Of a stretch of DNA of 64,000 nt, positions 53,554 through 64,000 are shown piece by piece (positions within the stretch are counted from its first letter, which is position 1; each line of letters opens with the position of its first letter). The notes under the pieces are model-generated. The model was not told the DNA's origin. It searched no databases and was given only the letters and a program-made list of their open reading frames with translations. Origin of the DNA: Eledone cirrhosa (taxonomy: Eukaryota). The stretch lies in NCBI GenBank assembly GCA_964016885.1, contig OZ024747.1, positions 65,286,001-65,350,000 of the forward strand. Direction: 5' to 3'. The translations under genes and the position numbers were made by a program.

Positions 53554-54116
53554 CGAGTGTCATGTTTGTGGACGCCACCCCTGGAGGGAAATTAGCTAAC
53601 CAGTGTAGAAAGGCCCTGAGAAAGACCCACTTAAAAATAAAGGTGGTAGAAAAGCCAGGAACCACCATAAAATCCCTGATCAACAAAACCTACCCTTTTA
53701 AGAAAATCCACTGTACCAATAGGAAATGTATCATATGTAAGGTGAACCCCCGGATAAACTGTAAAACTAGAAACGTAGTCTATAGCATAAGATGTACAGA
53801 GGGTACTTGCAGAAACATGACAACAACATACATAGGTGAGATAGCTCGTAGAATAGGTGAAAGGATAGACCAACACTGGGGAGAACTAAAAGGACGAAAA
53901 AACGGGTCAGTACTATACGAACATGCTAGACAACAACATGACGGTAACATAGACAACATAGAAATTAGAATAATATCTAAACATAGGAATGACCCAGCAG
54001 ATAGGCAAATCAGAGAGGCCAGTGAAATAGAAATTAGAAGACCAAAGCTAAACAGAAAGAATGAGTGGAACAACAACAACACCCAAACAAACAACACTGA
54101 CCTAAGAGAAGTATAA
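53553..54116 (+). pseudogene. GIY-YIG endonuclease ORF (C-terminal part of a Penelope-like element ORF)
   Basis: Uninterrupted reading frame with VVY/YIG motifs and CCHH residues; no RT upstream. Confidence 0.85.
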
Positions 54117-54393
54117 ATAAGTAAATAAAATAAAATAAAATAAGATAAATAAATACATACACAAGCACAATAACAACAAGCACATAAACACACACTAGTC
54201 ACCCAGCAGACACAACACTATACACACTAGTCACACAGCACACATAACACTATACACACACGCAAACGCATGCGCAAAGAAGACAAAATAAAATAAGATA
54301 AACAAACAAGCAAATAAATAAATAAATATATAGACAGACTGAATAAAAAAAAATGGCGTAGACATACAACACAACAGGAGGAACAAAGAATAT

Positions 54394-54463
54394 AACACCA
54401 CTGACGATGTTGCAGATGTGCAACGAAAGATTTATGTAAATTATGTAAACTATATATATGTGT
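54394..54463 (+). ncRNA. Hammerhead core in the Penelope-like 3' region, probably disrupted
   Basis: CTGACGA-T-GTTGCA-gatg-TGCAAC-GAAA (54401-54428). Stems III and I are recoverable only after removing a 9-bp duplication (ttatgtaaa x2) and extra TA units. Confidence 0.55.
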
Positions 54464-54642
54464 TTGTGTCTATATTGTATCTGTATTATTTTTGACCGGC
54501 GGTCAGTCAATGGCAACATTGAGGACCGAGTAAGTTAGATCGCAGATATAAAAGACAGCGAGAAGCGAAAACCAACCAAACAGTGAGTGTGTTCTGTTAT
54601 TAATTCTGGCAATATTACGCAAATATGACCCTCCCCAAGTAT

Positions 54643-54686
<44 letters not shown>

Positions 54687-54689
<3 letters not shown>

Positions 54690-54940
54690 GGAGGTGAGTT
54701 TTATTGTAGTACAATAAAGCAATGCAGATATCGGATAAGTAGCACTCTACAGTTTGTAGGACTGGAGTATAAATAATATATGTTGATTTAAAACTGCACT
54801 ATTCACAAGTGTGTTTTAACCTTCATATCATGTCTCCCTATTTTATCTGACGAAAACGCAAATGTTATTGCATGATGATATTTGTTTTTGAAATGCGCAT
54901 AATAAAATACATGGAACTCTTTTAACCATCTTTTGATCTT
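54687..54940 (+). mobile_element. ~250-bp hammerhead-bearing element in (TA)n, copy B
   Basis: Homologous to 8095-8343; TA tracts on both sides. Confidence 0.87.
54839..54909 (+). ncRNA. Type I hammerhead ribozyme
   Basis: tattttat CTGACGA (54847-54853), long stem II, GAAA (54890-54893) T-GCGC-A TA ataaaata; predicted cut after 54901. Confidence 0.83.
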
Positions 54941-54960
54941 ATATATATATATATATATAT

Positions 54961-56003
54961 AATAATAAAGTATGTGTTCCTACGTATAAAAAATACATAT
55001 AGGGATACAAGTATTATCCAACCGTATGCCAATGCGGTTCTATGGCGGGTTAATAAATTAACAAGCCAGAAAATATAAAATCCAGGTCTAGCAAATAGAG
55101 AAAAAGTTTTAAAATAAATTTTAAAAAATTTGCTGTACTTACTATATGTGACTTTACCGCGGTTTCAAGTCCCAAAATAAACGGATAATCCAAGCAGATT
55201 TCCATTGAGAAGGTGACTCTCTTTAGACCTTGCCTTCTGTCTTTGCACACGGCACTAGACAAAATTGTTTCTTTCATCATTTACTCTCATCTGGGAACAG
55301 TTTTGTATGGCATCAGTTTGTGATTTAAACTCGGGAATAATGTATTCCCCAAGCGAGAAGAGCCTTCTGAAGAGAGCCCCCTTCTCAATGGAAATCCGCT
55401 TGGATTATCCGTTTATTTTGGGACTTGAAACCGCGGTAAAGGCACATATAGTAAGTACAGCAAATTTTTTTAAATTTATTTTAAAACTTTTTCTCTATTT
55501 GCTAGACCTGGATTTTATATTTTCTGGCTTGTTAATTTATTAACCTGCCATAGAACCACATTGGCATACTGTTGGATAATACTTGTATCCCTATATGTAT
55601 TTTTTACATGTAGGAACACATACTTTATTATTATTAATCTCCCTAAAGTTGAGATAACACTTGGTCGTTTGAACTGCTGCTATTTCTAGTGGCAGGACAC
55701 TGACCTGTCCACCCTGCCTTCTGTCTTTGCACACGGCACTAGACAAAATTGTTTCTTTCATCATTCACTCTCATCTGGGAACAGTTTTGTATGGTGTCAG
55801 TTTGTGATTTAAACTCGGGAATTTTATATTCTCCAAGCGAGAAGAGCCTTCTGAAGAGAGTCCCCTTCTCAATGGAAATCTGCTTGGATTATCCGTTTAT
55901 TTTGGGACTTGAAACCGCGGTAAAGGCACATATAGTAAGTACAGCGAATTTTTTAAAATTTATTTTAAAACTTTTTCTCTATTTGCTAGACCTGGATTTT
56001 ATA
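54961..56003. mobile_element. Composite of an inverted partial copy, a ~400-bp unit and a direct partial copy (pLTR-like arrangement)
   Basis: 54961-55226 is the reverse complement of about 55366-55632; 55715-56003 repeats 55231-55519. Confidence 0.8.
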
Positions 56004-56056
56004 TATATATATGTACATGTATGTATATATTTACATCACTTTGTGTGTGTGTGTTG

Positions 56057-56133
<77 letters not shown>

Positions 56134-56329
56134 AATTATTATATGCCATCCATTTCTTTCCCAGCTATATATAAATAAATACCCAACTTGCAAGTCCAAC
56201 ACCAATAATAAACATCACAGAAATAACAGTTATATATAGAATAAATAATTTACATGAATCTTATTTATCGACCCTCACTGATTGATGAAAATATGTCTAG
56301 TACATGTGTGTAGGGTTTGTGTCTATATG

Positions 56330-56516
56330 TGTGTGTAGGTATGTATATATGTGTGTGTGTGTGTGTTTCTGTGTGTGTGTCTATATATGTGTAAGTCGGT
56401 AAGTAAATGTGTCTGTGTGTGTGTGTGTGTGTGTGTTTCTGTGTATGTGTCTATATATGTGCAATTAGGTAAGTATATGTGTGTGTGTCTATATATGTGT
56501 AAGTTGGTAAGTAAAT

Positions 56517-56548
<32 letters not shown>

Positions 56549-57605
56549 TTCTGTGTATGTGTCTATATATGTGCAATTAGGTAAGTATATGTGTGTGTGT
56601 CTATATATGTGTAAGTAGGTAAGTATATGTGTGTGTGTTTCTCTGTGTGTGTCTATATATGTGTAAGTTGGTAAGTATATGTGTCTGTGTGTGTGTATGT
56701 GTGTGTGTCTGTGTTTCTGTGTGTGTCTATATATGTGTAAGTTGGTAAGTAAATGTATCTGTGTGTGTGTGTGTGTGTGTGTATGTTTCTGTGTATGTGT
56801 CTATATATGTGTAAGTAGGTAAGTATATGTGTCTGTGTGTGTGAGAGACAGAGAGAGAAAGAGAGAGAGTATACAGTAGCAAAATTAGTGAATTAGATGT
56901 ATTAGCAATTTACTTGATGATGATGATGATTGCAGTAGCATTGCTTGAAGGTGGTGGTGGTGGTGGTGGTTGTAGTGTTGGGGGTGGTTATGAGGTTGGT
57001 GGTGATGTTGATGCCAGTTGTGATGGTGGTGTTGATGGTAGTGATTTTGTTTGCAGTGTTGGGTGTAGTTGCGAGGTTGGTGGTGGTGGTGATGATGATG
57101 ATGGTGTGGGTAATAGTGGTTGTTGTGGTGGTGGCAGTGATGTTGGTTGTGGTGTTGGTAACAGTGTTGGTGATAGTGGTGGTGGCGTTGGTCATGGTGG
57201 TGGTGGTGGCAGTGGTGTTGGTGGTAGCAGTGATGGTGATGTTGGCGGTGGTGGTGGTGGCGTTGGTAGTGGCAGTGATGTTGATGGTGGTGATGATGGT
57301 GGTGGTGTTGTTGGTAATAGTGGTGGTGCTGGTGGTAGTGGTGCTGATGGTGGTGGTGGTAGCAGTGTTGTTGACGGTGATGGTGGTGGCAGTGGTGGTG
57401 ATGGTGGTGGTAATAGTGGTGGTAGTGTTGGTGGTGGTGGTGGTGGTGGTGTGGTGGTGGTGATGGTGGTGGTGGTTTGGGTAATAGTGGTGGTAGTGTT
57501 GATGGTGGTGGTGGTGGTGGTGTGGTGGTGATGGTGGTGATTGTGCTGGCAATGATGGTGGTGGTGGTGTTAGTAATAGTGGTTTTGGCAGCAGCAATGA
57601 TGGTG
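56330..57605. repeat. Compound (GT)n block with recurring gtctatatatgtgtaag...gtaagt units, followed by (GGT/GAT)n
   Basis: Directly visible; accounts for the poly-H/T/G/V ORFs. Confidence 0.9.
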
Positions 57606-57761
57606 ACAACCCACATGCTTAGCTTTCGTAATGATTGGTGTTTTCTTGCCTTTCATTTAATGTTGATGATTTTCAACTTTTAATTACTGATATTGAGACA
57701 TCTCACATTACACACACAACAACATTCATGCATATACACACACACACACATACCTATACAT

Positions 57762-58942
57762 ACGGCCCTCGCAATTTGAATTTATCCCTAACTCCAGCTG
57801 CTGTGATCAGCTTATCGAGTTCCTTGAAGACATTACCTGGATTACTGACAGCGGCTCATGGGTGGATGTTGTTTACCTTGACTTTGCTAAGGCTTTTAAC
57901 TCTGTGCCACACAAATACTTATGGAGAAACTCTCTGCAATGGGTGTGAAGGATGATCTTTTTAACTGGTTGAAATCCTTCATTCTCAGCCGAAAAGAGGT
58001 AGTCACGGTTCTAGGACAGCATTCTTCACCATATGAGATGTCATCTGGTGTACCACAGGGATCTGTTCTTGGTCCCCCTTTTGTTTGTGGCATATATTAA
58101 TGACATAGATGCCAACTTAAAGAATGCCACAGTACTGAAATATGCAGATGATATCAAGCTGTACCTTGAAATCAAAAGGACTGATCCTGAAATCTATAAC
58201 TCTTTCCTACAATCAGACCTGGACACAATGCAGCAATGGATCACAGACTGGCAACTGAAGCTGGCTGTGGACAAGTGTACAACCATGCATTTTAGGAGGA
58301 AAAATCCAGCGTCCACATACTCCCTCCACAACACCGATATCAAGAAGTCCTCTTGTGAACATGACCTGGGCATTACTGTCAGCAGCGATTTGCGTTGGAC
58401 AAAGCACATCTCTAAAATTGTCAAGAAGGCCGGGGGTGTCTTGGCATCACTCAGCAAGAGCTTTGTTAGCTGCTCTCCAGCCATCTATTTAAAGCTGTAT
58501 ATAGCTATGGTACGACAGCACTTGGAATTCGCATCATCAGTCTGGAACCCCTATCTGGCTCAGAATATTGACCTTCTGGAAACTGTTCAGAGACGTGCAA
58601 CCAAGCGCATACCCTCCATCAGACACCTACCATACTCTGAACGCCTTGCTTCCCTGGGCATGGATGCATTGAAGCTCCGACGTCTGGCAATGAACTTGGT
58701 AAACACCCACAAAGTTATTAACCATCTCGCCAACAACAACCCTGAGCACCTTTTTGATCTCCATGTGTCTAACACACATGGACATGCCTACAAAGTCAGA
58801 AAACAGCACAGCTCCCATGACTTTCGGAAACATTTTTTCATGTTTAGAGTTGCTGAAGCATGGAACAAACTGCCTGCGTCAGTTGTTAGCTGCCGAGACA
58901 CTGCATCCTTTAAAACCCTCATGCTTCCTGAAATTCGCCCAA
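57762..58942 (+). mobile_element. CR1-clade LINE RT fragment (frameshifted, 5'-truncated)
   Basis: VDVVYLDFAKAF, SGVPQGSVLGP, LKYADDIKLY, HLEFASSVWNPY...LETVQRRATK and RVAEAWNKLP motifs. Confidence 0.92.
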
Positions 58943-60150
58943 ACTCACCAAGGTTTCTTGGTGAGGAGGGTGACTTTGGACATCCTGCAAGACTAAAAAC
59001 AAAACCTCTCAAAGGGCAAAGGAGCTCTTAAGAGTCAATGGCCATAGAAAATCACCGGGAGAGATGACCCCTTAGCCTTTGTCAAGGCAGATTTCTAGGA
59101 GAAGGAAAACTCTGATATAACACCTGCAACCCTGATGGTATCCAATGATGTTGACTTGTTCTTCTTTTTGGTAAATATCTTCTTGGTTAAAAGAGTGGGA
59201 CTGGCTTTGTGCAGTGCCTTTGCTCACTATAAAAGCTTCACGGCACAGGCATTGCTTTATATCTGGAGATCTCTCTGCACTTGTCATCACATGGTACCAT
59301 GGGCCCAGCACTATGTGTCAATAATTGTCACAAGTGTAGTGTTTGTACCAGAGTTTTCAAGTCGCTGGCTGGACTAAAAAGTCACACTTGTTCAGCGCAT
59401 CAGTAGGGGTTCTCCTACATGGATATAAAGTAGTGGCCGTACTCGAAAACGAGTTGGCAGCCACCATGTAAGCAAGTATGCATGTATGTTGTTTCCTATG
59501 TTTTATCTGAGAGAATCTTCCCAGAGATAACAGACTAAGTAACAGAAGCAATTCCAACCAATTTCCTACAGATTATTATAACATATTTACTTTGTTTCAT
59601 TGTAATTCTTTCAAAAGATGAAAGAAAATGGCAGAGATTTCTGGCAGGTTTTTTTTTTCTCCTATTTTCAACTATTTGATACAATATCTTCTGTATCAAA
59701 CTGTTTTCACTCATTGTCTTATGCCTACATATACACACACACATATACATACACATATACACACCATCATATACATACACATGCCATCCTTGCAAGCAAA
59801 GAAGAGCAGACGTGAAATGATGACGATGATGATGACACAGAATCAAACATATATGTAGATATCTGAAAGACACAGACACACACACACAAGTGCACATATA
59901 TGCACACATACATATACACAAACATTTTACACCAATTTGTTTCATGCTTGCATGGGTTGGCTGGGTCTTTACCAGCTATACATCTCTTCACACATTGCAT
60001 TCCTTTGTCATCTCTGCTAGATCCAGTGCTCTGGGAGCAGCTCCACATATATATATATATATGCAAACTTCAACACTCATATATATATATATATACTCTA
60101 TTACAAGTTTCAGCTAACAGGCTGGTGCTATGCTGGGGCACCACTATTGT

Positions 60151-60251
60151 AAAAATATGGAATGTTTCATGAATTTATGTGTCATCCTTGCACAGGGCCT
60201 ATGCTAATCTTCTTCGTATCATTCCAATTTTAGTATATGTACTGCTGAAGC
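60151..60251 (-). pseudogene. U6: U6 snRNA retrocopy (near full length, CpG-decayed)
   Basis: Reverse complement reads GCTTCAGCAGTACATATACTAAAATTGGAATGATACGAAGAAGATTAGCATAGGCCCTGTGCAAGGATGACACATAAATTCATGAAACATTCCATATTTTT. The ACAGAGA box is mutated and many differences are CG to TG/CA. Confidence 0.95.
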
Positions 60252-60253
60252 AT

Positions 60254-60299
<46 letters not shown>

Positions 60300-60425
60300 C
60301 ATATACATAGATAGATGTGTGTGTGTATGTGTGTGTTCAGTAAAATAGGTGTTTTGTTAAAAAAACAGGAGTAAGCAGGAAAAAGCTCTCTACATTTGTA
60401 GTGTGTAGTTACAATAGAGATTCAG

Positions 60426-60893
<468 letters not shown>

Positions 60894-60951
60894 ATATATT
60901 TCGTTTCTGAATTTGACAACATGACCCTCCCAAAGTATAACAATATATATA

Positions 60952-61306
60952 TCTTTATATATATAAAAGCGAGGATGTGTATGTGTGTCTGTGTACAACT
61001 TTGGATACCTAAGGCTTTTACAATTATAAACCGAATTTGATCAAATTTTCTGTGCACGCTGCACAGGTCGCTAAGTTTGTCACATCACAAACATTTTTCC
61101 AATCGACCCACGTTGAGCATTAAAAAATCGATATCAAAATTATCGGTAGCAAAATTGATGTAAGGGAGATAACCAACTTTATTGACAATCCTTATAAAGA
61201 GACAGCTTATTTTGACAGGTTGTAGACAAATAATGTTCGTTTACTTCCTAGCTGTATATTCTTAGCATAATTTCAAACCCTGAACAACGCCGGGTAAATC
61301 TGCTAG
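60952..61306 (+). mobile_element. Non-autonomous Helitron
   Basis: A|TC start, subterminal hairpin accctgaacaacgccgggt, CTAG|T end, inserted in a TA tract. Confidence 0.8.
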
Positions 61307-61719
61307 TATATATATATATATATATATATCCAATCTATCTTACAGGCGATTTGTCGATTTTGAGAATATAAGCAATACTTGTCTTTTCTTCTATCCGTAG
61401 TCTTCTACATAAGCAGTATTTTAAACTCTTAATTTATGCCAGTCTAAAATTCAAATTCTCCGTTTATTTATATTTACATGTTTTTAATATGTTTCAATCT
61501 GTTGGCTGTTGGACCCTTCCTAAAAACTAACCTTCTCCTAAAGTTACCCATTTCCTGCCCACCCTCACCACCATTGTTATATGGTCCAATCAGAACTCAC
61601 CGGCTTTAGTAAGTTTTCTAACAAATCAGTGTAGCAAAGCTACCACCTCGGTTACTACTCCTTAAGTTTAGACCTGTTTGATGGGTTGACTGCGGAAATT
61701 TGAAAAGTCTAAGCACTCA

Positions 61720-64000
61720 ATGACAATGTCACAGATAAAGATAAATTCACCTCCCGCTGCAAGACGAGAATACAAGGACCCCTCTTTATTTCAGACACGT
61801 ATGACCAACAAAATTCCGTCTCCTACACCCCACCCCCCTTCCCATCCAACCCATCCATCCAACCCTCCCAACTTCATAGTTGGTACCATGAACGTACGCA
61901 CGTAGGTCACTCAAATGAGGTTGTAGAGATGCTTGAATGTAAAGAAGTTGATGTTTGTTGTATTCAAGAGACTAGGTGGAGAGAGGGGGGGGGGTCTGCC
62001 AGATTCAGTATAGGTAAAAAACGATGCTATAAACTTTTCTGGATGGGAAACGACAACAGACTGAGTGGAGTAGGAATTATGTTAGCTGAAAAATGGGTAG
62101 ATAAGGTAATCAACGTAAATAGAGTAAATGACAGAATAATTAAAATAAGGCTAGTTCTAAATAAAACTACTGTGACAATAATATCCACTTATGCACCCCA
62201 ATCTGGTCTACTTGATGGTATAAAGGACAGGTTCTATGAGATGCTAATGCACACTACCTCCCAAATAACAGACAGCGACTACCTAATTATTGCTGGCGAT
62301 CTAAACGGCCACGTTGGACAACATAGTGATGGCTATGATGGAATCCATGGAGGCTATGGGGTTGGAAATAGAAATGAGGAGGGCTTCAGAATCCTGGAAT
62401 TCTGTGACGCCAATAACCTAACTACCTGTAACACAGACTTCAAAAAACGTGAAAACCACTTTGATCACCTATAGATCAGGGGAACACGCCAGCCAGATAG
62501 ATTATATCCTTACTAGAAGACGGGATAAAGTGTCTGTTGTAAACACTAAATCCCTCCCCCGTGAAGAATGCACCTCCCAACATAGCCTAGTAGTTAGTGA
62601 CCGCACAGTCAGAAATAGACGTACTCGACGACAGAGGAGGCCTACTTGAGGAGAAGAATATGGAAGTTGAAGGACCCCATAGCCAGTGACAAATTTAAAA
62701 GCTTATTACTTGATGCCTTTGACAATAAGGAAGAGCAATTAGAGACGTGCGATATAGAGGAACAGTGGCAATTCTCGAAAGTGAACCTGCTGAAAGCAAT
62801 GGATGAAATCTGAGGCTGGAGCAGACCTATTGGCAGGAGGAGAGTAACTTGGTGGTGGAACAGTAAGGTGGAAGAGACAATCAAGGCCAAAAAGCAGGCT
62901 TGGAAAGTTTGGCAGGATAGGGGAAGTAGAGAACACTATCAAGTGGCCAGGAGAGAAGCTAGGAGACAAGTGTACCTTGCAAAAAGGGAAGCAGAGGATA
63001 GAAAGTTCAAGCATGTTCTACAACATGAGGACCAAAAACACGAGGTGTTCAGGATTGCTAGACAATGTGTCAAAGAAAACCGTGATATTGTCGGGGAGAA
63101 GTGTGTACATAATGATAACGGTGTACTTGCCCTCACTGATGCTGATAAGAAGATAGCCTGGAAGTGTCACTACGAAAGACTATTAAATGAGGAGAATAAG
63201 TGGGAAAAAGAAAGTCTGCCACAAATCGATCCAATAGAAGGACCAGCGGTGCAAGTTAAAGGTAGTATAATAAGTAAGGCAATCAAAGATATGAAGACAG
63301 GCAAGGCAGCTGGGCCTTCGGAGCTAGTTGCTGGGATGTTGAAGGCATCTGGAATGGTGGGACATACTATGGTCACCCGTATAGTTAACCATACAGAATG
63401 GGGTCATACCAAAGGACTGGCGTAGCAGCATCATCATTAACTGCTACAAGGGTAAAGGAGATGCTCTAGATAGAGGAAACTATAGAGGCATTAAGTTAAT
63501 TGACCAGGTCATGAAGGTCACAGAAAGAGTTATAGCGCAACTAATCAGAGAGCGAATTGATCTAGATGAAATGCAGTTTGTGTTTGTGTCAGGTAAAAGT
63601 ACCACATATGCTCTTTTCCTTGTATGACAACTACAAGAGAAGTACCTAGCTAAAGGTAAACCCCTCTACTTAGCTTTAGTAGACCTGGAAAAAGCCTTTG
63701 ACAGAGTCCCCCGCTCCATTATCTGGTGGGCTCTTAGAAAACTAGGTGTAGATGAATGGCTTGTGAGAGCTATACAAGCTATGTATAATGAAACAGTCAG
63801 CAAGGTTAGAATTAACAATGAATATTGTGAAGGATTTAGTGTAAAAGTTGGTGTTCACCAAGGCTCTGTCCTTAGCCCCCTCCTATTTATATTGCCCTTC
63901 AGGCTATAACAGTGGAGTTCAAGACCGGCTGCCCATGGGAACTCCTATACGCAGATGATCTAACGCTCATAGCTGAATCAATAGCTGAACTAGAAAAGAA
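61720..64000 (+). mobile_element. RTE-clade LINE, AP endonuclease plus RT, with stops and frameshifts; runs off the window end
   Basis: APE motifs VGTMNV, CCIQETRW, STYAPQ, AGDLNGHVG and SQIDYIL; RT motifs NYRGIKL, FVDLEKAFD-like, GVHQGSVLSP and LLYADD. A diverged relative of 51598-53134. Confidence 0.93.

Larger units (their letters stand above)
53551..54647 (+). mobile_element. 5'-truncated Penelope-like retroelement (Naiad-like): linker Zn motif, GIY-YIG endonuclease and 3' region
   Basis: Peptide FVDATPGG...IKVVEKPG...PF...C-x4-C-x2-C...NVVY.I.C...YIGE...H...LYEH...H...RQIREA...LNRKNEW; flanked by (TA)n. The clade call is from recalled motifs. Confidence 0.85.

Noticed and set aside
53700-53830. 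Selenocysteine recoding, as reported for some Naiad elements
   Set aside because: The frame is open with TGT/TGC cysteines; there is no in-frame TGA in the retained part.
55360-55410. Complete hammerhead at CTGAAGA...GAAA (also 55851)
   Set aside because: There is a 4-nt insertion before GAAA and no stem I partner; kept only as a remnant in the findings.
56885-57683. Long His/Thr/Gly/Val-rich ORFs (also 13054, 46731 and 49407)
   Set aside because: Translations of trinucleotide microsatellites, open in several frames on both strands.

Overview
AT-rich, repeat-dense animal genomic DNA, most likely an octopod cephalopod (inferred from the SINE, RTE and MITE families). Five minus-strand exons (45686->17747), linked by GT-AG introns with consistent phase, encode a middle segment of the cilia/flagella protein CFAP65 (CCDC108); the rest of the window is probably intronic. 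One 20.3-kb intron is almost filled by an ~18.6-kb array of a 34-bp minisatellite that starts 24 nt after the donor site. The remainder holds RTE, CR1 and Tx1-like LINE remnants, a 5'-truncated Penelope-like (GIY-YIG, Naiad-like) element, two tRNA-SINE families, piggyBac and Tc1/mariner MITEs, two non-autonomous Helitrons and a U6 retrocopy fused to a SINE tail. The most notable signal is a set of unrelated short elements lodged in (TA)n microsatellites that carry type I hammerhead ribozymes. Three of these have a complete core and all three stems and several are degenerate; fold-back inversions often turn at or near the ribozyme core. All assignments are by eye; no searches or folding programs were run.
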